A stretch of 64,000 nucleotides of DNA, from the NCBI GenBank assembly GCA_031417995.1, contig JANOWR010000093.1, positions 1,447-65,446 of the forward strand, in the 5' to 3' direction. Made by a program: the position numbers and the translations under genes. The notes below the pieces were generated by a model. That model was not told the origin of the DNA, did not search any database, and saw only the letters and a program-made list of their open reading frames with translations. The stretch is from Polaromonas sp. GTDB taxonomy: Bacteria > Pseudomonadota > Gammaproteobacteria > Burkholderiales > Burkholderiaceae_C. Below, piece after piece: positions 20,124-29,757 of this stretch; position 1 is the stretch's first letter, and every line of letters begins with the position of its first letter.

Positions 20124-23100
20124 ATGGCCCGGCCTTTACATAAAACCAAAACAGCACCGCTTATGCTGGTGACAGGGACACAAAATCAAGTGGACAACCA
20201 ATTTTTTGAAAAGCCGATTCTCAACGCGCCGTACAGCTACCCGCAGCGCCATTGGGAACTCGACAAAACAGGCCAACCCACACAGCACATCCTTGAAAAG
20301 CGCAGGCCTGCTGAATTCATCACGCCCATCCCCAAACCCAAGAAGCAAAAGGGAGGCGAACAAGAAGCCCTGCTTTTTGATGACAAGCTGTCCACCCAGG
20401 CCCAGCAATACCATTCGGCCATCATCAACTCAGTCCGGGCAGAGGTAGACAAATGGCGCGCCTTGAAGAACCCGAACGACTGGCGTGTCACGCCTGAAAC
20501 TGCGCGCTTGTTACAGCACTGGCGTCATCACAACTTCAGCGGCGTTCGCCCCTTCTTTTGCCAGGTTGAAGCAATTGAAACAGCTATTTGGTTGACCGAA
20601 GTAGCGCCACAAATTGGCAAAACAGGTCAGGTTTTTATTGATCACCTGGCCAGTGCCAATACCGACGCCAATCCAGATTTAATGCGCTTGGCGCTCAAGC
20701 TGGCCACAGGCGCAGGTAAAACCACAGTCATGGCGATGCTGATTGCTTGGCAAACCGTTAACGCCGTACGCAGGCCCAACAGCAAAAAATTCACCCGTGG
20801 TTTCCTGCTGGTCGCGCCTGGCCTCACCATCAAAGACCGCTTGCGCGTCTTGCAACCTAACGACCCCGACAGCTACTTTAAAACTCGTGAACTTGTCCCG
20901 GGCGACATGCTGGGTGATTTGAATCGTGCAGAAATTGTCATTACCAATTACCACGCCTTCAAGCCACGTGAGCGGATGGAGCTGTCCAAGGGCGGCCGTT
21001 TGCTGCTGCAAGGCCGGGGTGGCGACGAACTCAACACCTTAGAGACTGAAGGCCAGATGCTCCAGCGCGTCATGCCTAGCTTAATGGGCCTCGGCAACGT
21101 GCTGGTCATCAATGACGAAGCCCACCATTGCTACCGTGAAAAGCCGGGCGTCAAGCTAGAGGGTGACGACCTCAAAGGCGACGACAAAAAAGAAGCTGAA
21201 CAAAACAACGAGGCGGCACGCTTGTGGATTACAGGTCTGGAGGCCATCAACCGCAAGCTGGGCGTGGCCCGCGTGTTTGATTTGTCTGCCACGCCGTTCT
21301 TCCTGCGCGGCTCAGGTTATGCAGAGGGTACGTTGTTCCCCTGGACGATGAGCGACTTCTCGCTGATGGACGCCATTGAATGCGGCATTGTTAAATTACC
21401 GCGCGTCCCGGTGGCAGACAACATCCCGGGCGGGGAAATGCCCATGTTCCGCAACCTGTGGGAGCACATTCGCGCCAAGATGCCCAAAAAGGGCAGGGGA
21501 AAGGCCGAAGGACTGAATCCCCTGGACTTGCCGACGCAATTACAAACCGCCCTTGAAGCGCTGTACGGCCATTACGAGAAAACCTTCGCCCTGTGGGCCG
21601 AAGAAAAAATATCGGTGCCGCCGTGCTTCATCGTCGTCTGCAACAACACATCAGCATCCAAGCTGGTCTACGACTACATCTCAGGCTTTCAGCAGCCTCA
21701 TATAGATGGCACCAGCAAGCTGATAGAAGGGCGCTTGCCCCTGTTTCGCAACCACGACGAACACGGCAACCAGCTTGGCCGTCCTAAAACACTGTTAATA
21801 GACAGCGAGCAGCTTGAGTCAGGCGAGGCGCTTGACGACAATTTTCGCGGTATGGCAGCAGACGAGATTGAGCGCTTCCGCCGCGAAATCGTCGAGCGTA
21901 CCGGCGACGCGCAAGCCGGCCAAAACATCACTGACCAAGACCTGCTGCGCGAGGTGATGAACACAGTTGGTAAAGCTGGCCGCCTGGGTGACTCCATACG
22001 CTGTGTTGTGTCTGTGTCCATGCTTACTGAGGGCTGGGACACCAACACTGTTACCCACGTTCTGGGTGTGCGGGCTTTTGGCACCCAGTTGCTGTGTGAA
22101 CAAGTCATTGGCCGCGCCCTGCGCCGCCAGTCCTATGAGTTGAATGAGGATGGGCTTTTCAATGTTGAATACGCTGACGTGCTGGGCATCCCGTTTGACT
22201 TCAATGCCAAGCCCGTCGTTGCGCCGCCGCAAAAGCCACGTGAAACCATTCAGGTCAAAGCCGTCAAGCCTGACCGTGATGCGCTTGAAATCCGCTTCCC
22301 GCGCGTACAGGGCTACCGCGCTGAACTGCCTGAAGAGCGCTTGACGGCCGAGTTCAATGACGACTCTGTTTTGACGCTCACGCCCGACCTGGTGGGCGCC
22401 ACTGAAACAAAGCAGTCCGGCATCATTGGCGAAACGGTGGACTTGAACCTCGTTCACACCGGTGACGTGCGCCCGTCGCAAATGGTGTACGAGCTGACCT
22501 CACACCTGGTGCTGTCCAAATACCGTGACGCCAATGGCGAGCCGCAGCTACACCTGTTTGGCCAGCTCAAGCGCATTGCCCGCCAGTGGCTAGACGGCTA
22601 CCTCGTCTGCAAGGGCGGCACCTACCCGGCCCAGCTCAAATACAAAACCCTGGCCGACATGGCTTGCAACCGCATAGAGGCCGGTATTTTGCGCACACTG
22701 GTGGGCAGTCGCCCCATACAAGCCGTGCTTGACCCATACAACCCCACGGGCAGCACCGCGCACGTCAACTTCAACACCTCCAAAACCGAGCGCTGGGAAA
22801 CCAGTGCCAAGCACTGCCAATTGAACTGGGTGATTCTCGACAGCGATTGGGAGGCCGAGTTTTGCCGCGTGGCGGAGGCACACGCAAAGGTCAAGGCCTA
22901 CGTCAAAAACCACAACCTGGGCCTGGAAGTGCCTTACCGCTACGGCTCTGAAATGCGCCAATACCGTCCTGACTTTGTCGTGCGGGTGGACGACGGACAT
23001 GGCGAAGATGATTTGCTGAACCTGGTGGTTGAGATCAAAGGCTTTCGCGGTGAAGACGCCAAGGTTAAAAAGGAAACCATGGACATCTACTGGGTGCCTG

Positions 23101-23243
23101 GCGTCAACAATCTTGGCACGCATGGCCGCTGGGCGTTTGCCGAGTTCACTGACGTTTACCAAATGCAGGACGACTTTGCAAAGAAGGTCGAAGACGTGTT
23201 TAACGCAATGGTTGATGGCTTTGTAAACGGGCAGATCCCATGA
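20124..23243 (+). CDS. Type III-like restriction endonuclease/helicase (Res; resembles BPTD_3080 family)
   Basis: KLATGAGKT Walker A, INDEAHH, EQVIGRALRR, C-terminal PDF...EIKG nuclease motif; true start may be GTG 20190. Confidence 0.88.
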   Translation: MARPLHKTKTAPLMLVTGTQNQVDNQFFEKPILNAPYSYPQRHWELDKTGQPTQHILEKRRPAEFITPIPKPKKQKGGEQEALLFDDKLSTQAQQYHSAIINSVRAEVDKWRALKNPNDWRVTPETARLLQHWRHHNFSGVRPFFCQVEAIETAIWLTEVAPQIGKTGQVFIDHLASANTDANPDLMRLALKLATGAGKTTVMAMLIAWQTVNAVRRPNSKKFTRGFLLVAPGLTIKDRLRVLQPNDPDSYFKTRELVPGDMLGDLNRAEIVITNYHAFKPRERMELSKGGRLLLQGRGGDELNTLETEGQMLQRVMPSLMGLGNVLVINDEAHHCYREKPGVKLEGDDLKGDDKKEAEQNNEAARLWITGLEAINRKLGVARVFDLSATPFFLRGSGYAEGTLFPWTMSDFSLMDAIECGIVKLPRVPVADNIPGGEMPMFRNLWEHIRAKMPKKGRGKAEGLNPLDLPTQLQTALEALYGHYEKTFALWAEEKISVPPCFIVVCNNTSASKLVYDYISGFQQPHIDGTSKLIEGRLPLFRNHDEHGNQLGRPKTLLIDSEQLESGEALDDNFRGMAADEIERFRREIVERTGDAQAGQNITDQDLLREVMNTVGKAGRLGDSIRCVVSVSMLTEGWDTNTVTHVLGVRAFGTQLLCEQVIGRALRRQSYELNEDGLFNVEYADVLGIPFDFNAKPVVAPPQKPRETIQVKAVKPDRDALEIRFPRVQGYRAELPEERLTAEFNDDSVLTLTPDLVGATETKQSGIIGETVDLNLVHTGDVRPSQMVYELTSHLVLSKYRDANGEPQLHLFGQLKRIARQWLDGYLVCKGGTYPAQLKYKTLADMACNRIEAGILRTLVGSRPIQAVLDPYNPTGSTAHVNFNTSKTERWETSAKHCQLNWVILDSDWEAEFCRVAEAHAKVKAYVKNHNLGLEVPYRYGSEMRQYRPDFVVRVDDGHGEDDLLNLVVEIKGFRGEDAKVKKETMDIYWVPGVNNLGTHGRWAFAEFTDVYQMQDDFAKKVEDVFNAMVDGFVNGQIP

Positions 23244-23824
23244 CCGACGTCATCCCCAAACCCGAAAACCTGGCATCACTGGTTTTTGTCATTCGTGGCG
23301 AAAAGGTGTTGCTCGATGCTGATCTGGCCATGCTTTACGGCGTGGAAACCGGTGCTTTGAACCGCGCGGTCAAGCGCAATATTGAACGGTTTCCAGCCGA
23401 CTTCATGCTGAAACTAACCCCAGAAGAATGGGAAGACTTGAAATGCCAAATTGGCATCTCAAGTTCACCTGTTGCCGCAGCCAAGGCCAAGAAGCTTAGG
23501 GTTATGCGGTCACAAGTTGTGACCGCAAGCGCACACGGTGGCCGCCGCGCTATTCCCTACGCCTTTACCGAACAAGGCGTTGCCATGCTCTCTAGCGTTC
23601 TGCGCTCCCAGCGCGCGGTTGAGGTCAACATTGCCATCATGCGCACCTTTGTGCAGTTGCGCCGTCTGATGGACTCCAACCGCGACTTGGCCCGCCGCAT
23701 TGAGGCCATGGAAACCCGCTACGACGAGCAGTTCTCGCAGGTCTTCGACGCCATCAAGCAACTGATTGCTGACGACCAGGACAAAAAGGCCAAGCCCAAG
23801 CGTTCCATCGGCTTTCTCCCATAA
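23240..23824 (+). CDS. ORF6N-domain DNA-binding protein
   Basis: IRGEKVLLDADLAMLYGVET, RFPADFM, YAFTEQGVAMLSSVL, C-terminal KRSIGF. Confidence 0.9.
   Translation: MTDVIPKPENLASLVFVIRGEKVLLDADLAMLYGVETGALNRAVKRNIERFPADFMLKLTPEEWEDLKCQIGISSSPVAAAKAKKLRVMRSQVVTASAHGGRRAIPYAFTEQGVAMLSSVLRSQRAVEVNIAIMRTFVQLRRLMDSNRDLARRIEAMETRYDEQFSQVFDAIKQLIADDQDKKAKPKRSIGFLP
23438..23527. repeat. Two inverted repeats inside ORF6N gene
   Basis: TTGAAATGCCAA-A-TTGGCATCTCAA (23438-23462, one mispair) and TGCGGTCACAA-G-TTGTGACCGCA (23505-23527, perfect). Confidence 0.9.
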
Positions 23825-23845
23825 AAACACATCCCGCAGACCACC

Positions 23846-26623
23846 ATGGCCACCAAACAACCCAAAGCCCCCAAACCAGCGTTAAGCGTAGAAACGCTCA
23901 AACACGACGACGCCACACGCAAAAACATCCCCACCGCTGAATACCAGTCCGTCATGGCCAAGGACGAGCAAAAGCCTGTGCGGGTGGAATATGAAAGACG
24001 CAACAAAGACCTGGACCCGCAACTTGTCTGGCGCGGCAAAGACGAGCAGGACTGGTCCAACCTTATCGTGCAGGCACCGCCGCTGTACATCCAGGAAAAG
24101 GTTCACCCCAAGGTATTGATTGACGATTTGAAGCGTCAGAGCGAGAAGGCGGCTGAGGCGGCAGCGCAGGTTGACCTGTTTGCAGACTTCAACGGCCTGC
24201 CCAACACCGAGGCCAAAACCGAGTTTTACCAGCACGATGCCCATTGGGCAAACCGCATGATCTTGGGTGACTCTTTAAGCGTGATGGCCAGCCTGGCTGA
24301 GCGTGAAGGCCTGCGCGGCAAGGTGCAGTGCATTTATTTTGATCCGCCCTACGGCATCAAATTCAATAGCAATTTTCAATGGAGTACAACGAGTCGCGAC
24401 GTGAAAGACGGTAACGCCGAGCACATCACGCGCGAGCCGGAGCAGGTCAAGGCGTTTCGGGATACCTGGCGCGATGGTATTCATTCATACCTCACCTATT
24501 TGCGTGATCGGCTGACCGTGGCTCGGGATTTATTGACCGATTCGGGGTCGATTTTTGTGCAGATTGGGGACGAGAACGTGCATCGGGTACGGGCGGTGAT
24601 GGATGAGGTTTTTGGGGACGAAAACTTTGTTTCAACCATTGCGTATGCGAAAACTACCGGATTTGCTGGGGATACGCTTTCAAATGTTGCTGACTACATG
24701 GTTTGGTTTGCTAAGAAAAAGGACTTGCTGAAATACCGTGATCTCTACACGGCAAAGCAAGCGGGCGAAGCGGGCGCGACAAAGTATCGAGAAATATCTT
24801 CCATTCAGGCGCTTAGGAACAGTACGCATGAACGGACTCGCCTTGCGACATCAGCTGATTTGACGTCGCAAGGTGCGGCCAGTTCAGTGCAGATGTTTCC
24901 GTTTGCTGGACGCGAATGGTTAGCTCCGAAGGGACTTCATTGGAAAACTACTGTTGAAGGCTTGATTCGTACGGCAAAAGCAGATCGAGTAATGGAAGAG
25001 GGTGCATCCATAAGGTATGTGCGTTGCCTTGATGACTTTTCTGCTACGCCGCGAACTAATCTCTGGCTTGACATCGGCGGCGTACAAAGCAGAACTGATC
25101 CCAAGATTTATGTAGTTCAAACGGCAACCGAGGCTGTGCAACGTTGCGTCCTCATGACGACCGATCCCGGCGATCTCGTCCTAGACCCCACCTGCGGCTC
25201 CGGCACCACAGCCTACGTCGCCGAACAATGGGGCCGCCGCTGGATCACCATCGACACCTCCCGCGTCGCTCTTGCACTCGCCCGCGCCCGCATCATGGGT
25301 GCGCGCTACCCGTTTTATTTACTGGCTGACAGCAAGGAAGGGCAGGTCAAAGAAGCTGAAGTTACCCGTACCGTGCCGGCTAGCGCGCCCACACGCGGCA
25401 ATGTGCGCCAGGGTTTTGTGTATGAGCGGGTGCCGCACATCACGCTCAAGTCCATAGCCAACAATGCCGAGATTGACGTGATTTGGGACAAATACCAGCC
25501 TGCGCTGGAAGCGCTGCGGGTTGAACTGAACAGCGCACTGGGCAAGGCCTGGCAAGAGTGGGAGATTCCCCGCGAGGCGGCTGAACCATGGCCTGCCAAA
25601 GTCAAAAAACTACATACCGACTGGTGGCAGCAGCGGATCAGCCGGCAAAAGGACATTGATGCGTCCATAGCAGCCAAGGCCGAGTTTGAATACCTGTACG
25701 ACAAGCCGTATGACGACAAAAAGAAGGTGCGCGTGGCCGGGCCTTTCACGGTTGAAAGCCTGTCGCCACACCGCGTGCTGGGGGTAGATGAAAACGATGA
25801 ACTCATTGACCCGAACAACCAAAAGTCTGCTGAACGCGCTGCTGAGTACGCCGCAGAACGCAATTTTGTTCAAATCATTCTTGAAAACTTGAAGTCTGCT
25901 GGCGTGCAGCAGGCGCACAAAGACAACAAGATTGACTTCACCTCGCTCACACCGTGGCCTGGCGACCTGGTGTGTGCCGATGGCCGCTATATGGAGGGTG
26001 CTGAAGAGAAGCGTGCCGCCGTCTTTATCGGCCCCGAGTTTGGCACCGTTAGCCGCCCCGACCTGGTAGCTGCTGCACGTGAGGCAGGCGACGCAGGTTT
26101 TGACGTGTTGATTGCCTGCGCATTCAACTACGACGCGCACAGCAGCGAGTTCGACAAGCTGGGCCGCATACCGGTGCTGAAAGCCCGCATGAACGCCGAC
26201 CTGCACATGGCCGAAGACCTGAAGAACACCGGCAAAGGCAACCTGTTCGTGATCTTTGGCGAACCAGACATCGACATTCTTGAAGCTGAAGACGGCCAGG
26301 TGCGCGTCAAGGTCAATGGCGTAGACGTCTTTCACCCTAACACAGGAAAAGTACAAAGCGACGGCGCCGACGGCATTGCCTGCTGGTTCATAGACACCGA
26401 CTACAACGAAGAAAGCTTTTTCGTCCGCCAAGCCTACTTCCTGGGCGCCAACGACCCGTACAAAGCGCTGAAAACCACGCTGAAGGCAGAGATAAACGAA
26501 GAAGCATGGGCCACGCTAAACAGCGATACGTCACGGCCATTCGACAAGCCGAAGTCGGGGCGGATTGCGGTGAAGGTTATCAATCATCTTGGGGATGAGG
26601 TTATGAAAGTGTTTAAGGTATGA
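23846..26623 (+). CDS. Adenine DNA methyltransferase (type III Mod-like)
   Basis: YFDPPYG motif IV before VLDPTCGSGTT motif I (beta order); long C-terminal extension. Confidence 0.92.
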   Translation: MATKQPKAPKPALSVETLKHDDATRKNIPTAEYQSVMAKDEQKPVRVEYERRNKDLDPQLVWRGKDEQDWSNLIVQAPPLYIQEKVHPKVLIDDLKRQSEKAAEAAAQVDLFADFNGLPNTEAKTEFYQHDAHWANRMILGDSLSVMASLAEREGLRGKVQCIYFDPPYGIKFNSNFQWSTTSRDVKDGNAEHITREPEQVKAFRDTWRDGIHSYLTYLRDRLTVARDLLTDSGSIFVQIGDENVHRVRAVMDEVFGDENFVSTIAYAKTTGFAGDTLSNVADYMVWFAKKKDLLKYRDLYTAKQAGEAGATKYREISSIQALRNSTHERTRLATSADLTSQGAASSVQMFPFAGREWLAPKGLHWKTTVEGLIRTAKADRVMEEGASIRYVRCLDDFSATPRTNLWLDIGGVQSRTDPKIYVVQTATEAVQRCVLMTTDPGDLVLDPTCGSGTTAYVAEQWGRRWITIDTSRVALALARARIMGARYPFYLLADSKEGQVKEAEVTRTVPASAPTRGNVRQGFVYERVPHITLKSIANNAEIDVIWDKYQPALEALRVELNSALGKAWQEWEIPREAAEPWPAKVKKLHTDWWQQRISRQKDIDASIAAKAEFEYLYDKPYDDKKKVRVAGPFTVESLSPHRVLGVDENDELIDPNNQKSAERAAEYAAERNFVQIILENLKSAGVQQAHKDNKIDFTSLTPWPGDLVCADGRYMEGAEEKRAAVFIGPEFGTVSRPDLVAAAREAGDAGFDVLIACAFNYDAHSSEFDKLGRIPVLKARMNADLHMAEDLKNTGKGNLFVIFGEPDIDILEAEDGQVRVKVNGVDVFHPNTGKVQSDGADGIACWFIDTDYNEESFFVRQAYFLGANDPYKALKTTLKAEINEEAWATLNSDTSRPFDKPKSGRIAVKVINHLGDEVMKVFKV

Positions 26624-27006
26624 ACAATCAATCGACAACAAAACCCACCGTATTTATTGCATCACCGTATACCCGTGGCGATCCCGCAATTAATACGCAC
26701 TTTCAATGCGCGATGTTTGATCGTCTGTTGACTGACGGAAGGGTGCTTCCAGTAGCCCCACTCTGGACACATTTTCAGCACTTATTGTTCCCCAGACCGT
26801 ATGCCGATTGGCTCGCGTACGATCAAGCGATGCTAAGACTCTATGACTGCTGCCTGCGTCTGGATGCTACTCACACAGCAACTGGCTACAACGAATCGAT
26901 TTCATCCGGCGCTGATGCTGAAGTTGATACATTTCGGCGGATGGGCAAGCCCGTATTTTTTTCGGTGGATAGTCTCTATGCTTGGGTCGAACAAATTCAG
27001 GAGTAG
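26620..27006 (+). CDS. DUF4406/nucleoside 2-deoxyribosyltransferase-like protein
   Basis: VFIASPYT N-terminus, W..YD..ML...D and S.GA..E....R.MGKPVF pattern; ATGA coupling to mod; family call from motif recall only. Confidence 0.6.
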   Translation: MNNQSTTKPTVFIASPYTRGDPAINTHFQCAMFDRLLTDGRVLPVAPLWTHFQHLLFPRPYADWLAYDQAMLRLYDCCLRLDATHTATGYNESISSGADAEVDTFRRMGKPVFFSVDSLYAWVEQIQE

Positions 27007-27008
27007 TG

Positions 27009-27620
27009 ATGCAAAACAAGCGGATGGAGAATTCAATACGGAGTCTGGTTAATCTGTATACGGTTGTAATTGGTGCTGCGCTTTCACTAGCTGTTGCTGG
27101 GGCAATAGACATAAATAAAGGGTTGTCATCGCTCAGCGTCACTTCGATACTCCTGTTCGTAGCTTTTATAGCCACGCTCTTTCCTTTCTTTCATGGAGCG
27201 TTGCGGCACCTAGATGACGCGTATCTAGAAAATCAAAATCCTTCCATGAAGACTTCAGCATTGATTGTTGATTTCGCGCTTCTTTTTCTACATGCGTTGG
27301 CCTTCTTGGTGCTTTCGCAATTGTTGAAACGCCCTGCGGATTTTGCGTGGTTTTTGATTGCGGTTCTTATGATTGATGTGGTGTGGGGCATATTCATGCA
27401 TCTTGCTTCGCCTGCAAAAGACAAATGGTCTGCGGAGTCGCGCTGGACAACTATCAATTTCTTTTTTATTGCAGTCGGTCTGTTGTATTTGATTGACCAA
27501 GAAATTTATCTTGGTGCGGTAGTCCTGACATCTAAGCTGGCCTGGCTTTTAGCTATCGGCTGCGTAACGCGATCAACTGTTGACTACATCTGGTGTCGTG
27601 ACCTTTACTTTCCGAAGTGA
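27009..27620 (+). CDS. Uncharacterised multi-pass membrane protein (about 6 TM)
   Basis: Repeated hydrophobic helices; visibly more AT-rich than neighbours; 2-bp gap to upstream gene. Confidence 0.75.
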   Translation: MQNKRMENSIRSLVNLYTVVIGAALSLAVAGAIDINKGLSSLSVTSILLFVAFIATLFPFFHGALRHLDDAYLENQNPSMKTSALIVDFALLFLHALAFLVLSQLLKRPADFAWFLIAVLMIDVVWGIFMHLASPAKDKWSAESRWTTINFFFIAVGLLYLIDQEIYLGAVVLTSKLAWLLAIGCVTRSTVDYIWCRDLYFPK

Positions 27621-27632
27621 CTAAAGTGCCAA

Positions 27633-29756
27633 ATGGACTTCCGCATCTCCGACACCTTCACCGATAGCCTTGCCAAGTTAACCGGCGACGAGCAAAAGCT
27701 CGTCAAAACCACCGCCTTTGACTTGCAAATGAACCCGGTTAATCCGCGCATGAGTTTGCACAAGCTGGACAAGGCGAAAGACAAAAACTTTTGGTCAGCC
27801 CGTGTTGGCAGTGACATTCGGCTGATATTGCATAAAACAGCCACCAGTCTGCTGCTTTGTTATGTAGACCACCACGACAAGGCTTACAGCTGGGCTGAAC
27901 GGCGTAAGCTGCAAACGCACCCCACCACGGGTGCTGCGCAATGGGTTGAGATTCGTGAACGGGTAGAAGACGCTGCACCCGCCTGGCCGCATGTGGCGGC
28001 TGAGCCTGCGCCCAAGCCGTGGATGTTTGCACCACCCGCCACAGCCAAACAATTGCTGTTTGCCCAGCGTACAGACGCAGAACTGCTGGGCTATGGCGTG
28101 CCTGCGGAGTGGCTGGCCGATGTGCGTGCTGCCGATGAAGATGGCTTGATGGCCCTGACTGACCACCTGCCCAAAGAAGCTGCAGAAGCTTTGCTGGAGC
28201 TGGCTACTGGCGGCACGCCGGCCCTGCCGCTGGTAGCAGCCGCAAATGCCAACCCGTTTGACCACCCCGATGCACAGCGCCGCTTCAGGGTCATGCACGA
28301 TGTGGACGAGCTGGAGCGGGCGCTGTCAGCCCCGTGGGAAAAGTGGGTTACCTTTTTGCATCCGGCCCAGCGTGAATTTGTAGAGCGCGACTACAGCGGC
28401 CCGGCGCGTGTGTCTGGTTCTGCAGGTACGGGCAAAACTATTGTGGCCCTGCACCGTGCGGTTTTTTTGGCGCGCAAGCACCCTGACAGCAGGGTGCTGC
28501 TGGCGACATTTTCAGAGCCGCTGGCCAGTGCATTGCACCAAAAGCTGCGTTTGTTGATCAGCGGTACGCCCAGGCTGGCAGAGCGGCTGGAGGTGCAGTC
28601 TGTTACCGGTATCGGTGAAAGGCTTTACAGCGCGAAAGTAGGGCGATTGAAGTTGGCGTCTAGCCAAGCCGTCGCGCTTGCCTTGCGCCAAGCGCTTGCG
28701 CAGACCGCATCAACTGTGACGCCCCCACTAACGCTGGCCTTTGTTGAATCAGAGTGGCGTGACCTGATAGATGAGTGGCAGGTAGAAAACTGGGAGGCTT
28801 ACCGTACGCTGGTGCGCCTTGGTCGTAAAACGACGTTGCCAGAAAACCGACGCGCCGCTGTCTGGGCCGTGGTTGAGCATGCACGGGCACAGTTGGCGGC
28901 TCTTGGCTTGGTAACGCACGCACAAATGTTCAGCCAACTGGCCAGGCACTTTGAAAGCGCGACAAGTTCGCCATTCGATTTTATTGTGGTGGACGAGGCG
29001 CAGGACGTTTCAGTGGCGCAGCTCAAGTTTTTGGCTGCGCTGGGCTCGCAGGCTGGCCAACCCAAGGCAAACAGCCTGTTTTTTGCAGGCGATTTGGGGC
29101 AGCGAATCTTTCAGTTGCCTTTCTCATGGAAGGCTTTGGGGGTAGATGTACGGGGCCGTGCCCGTACGCTAACCATCAATTACCGTACCTCGCATCAGAT
29201 TCGGGCTCAGGCAGACCGTTTGCTGGATGCCGAGGTGGCGGACGTGGACGGAAATGTGGAAACGCGCAAAGGCACGGTTTCTGTTTTTAACGGGCAACAG
29301 CCACTGATTCAGATTTTTGAAAACGAAACCAAAGAGGCTGCTGGCGTTGCTGAGTGGCTAAAGCGCCATAGCCAGCAAGGTGTGCGAGCTTTTGAGATGG
29401 CCGTTTTTGTTCGCTCAGAAGCACAGCTTGATCGTGCTAAAGATGCGGTGGGTGCTGCGGGGCTTGACTTTTGTGTTCTGGACGACAAGGTCAGGCCAGA
29501 AGAGACCAAGGTGTCGATTTGCACCATGCATCTGGCAAAAGGCCTGGAATTCCGTGTCGTGGTCGTTATGGCTTGCGATGATGAAGTAGTGCCATTGCAA
29601 AGCCGCATTGCAAACATCGTTGACAGCGCTGATTTACAAGAGGTGTACAACACAGAACGGCACCTGCTGTACGTGGCGTGTACGCGCGCCAGAGATGCGT
29701 TGCTGGTGACGGCAACCGAGCCAGCGTCAGAATTTCTAGATGATTTGGTGAAATAG
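27633..29756 (+). CDS. UvrD/Rep-like SF1 helicase with N-terminal RelE/ParE-like domain
   Basis: GSAGTGKT, VDEAQD, NYRT, TMHLAKGLEF, YVACTRAR; N-terminal ~90 aa with WSARV...IRLI...YVDHHD.AY. Confidence 0.85.
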   Translation: MDFRISDTFTDSLAKLTGDEQKLVKTTAFDLQMNPVNPRMSLHKLDKAKDKNFWSARVGSDIRLILHKTATSLLLCYVDHHDKAYSWAERRKLQTHPTTGAAQWVEIRERVEDAAPAWPHVAAEPAPKPWMFAPPATAKQLLFAQRTDAELLGYGVPAEWLADVRAADEDGLMALTDHLPKEAAEALLELATGGTPALPLVAAANANPFDHPDAQRRFRVMHDVDELERALSAPWEKWVTFLHPAQREFVERDYSGPARVSGSAGTGKTIVALHRAVFLARKHPDSRVLLATFSEPLASALHQKLRLLISGTPRLAERLEVQSVTGIGERLYSAKVGRLKLASSQAVALALRQALAQTASTVTPPLTLAFVESEWRDLIDEWQVENWEAYRTLVRLGRKTTLPENRRAAVWAVVEHARAQLAALGLVTHAQMFSQLARHFESATSSPFDFIVVDEAQDVSVAQLKFLAALGSQAGQPKANSLFFAGDLGQRIFQLPFSWKALGVDVRGRARTLTINYRTSHQIRAQADRLLDAEVADVDGNVETRKGTVSVFNGQQPLIQIFENETKEAAGVAEWLKRHSQQGVRAFEMAVFVRSEAQLDRAKDAVGAAGLDFCVLDDKVRPEETKVSICTMHLAKGLEFRVVVVMACDDEVVPLQSRIANIVDSADLQEVYNTERHLLYVACTRARDALLVTATEPASEFLDDLVK

Positions 29757-29757
29757 A

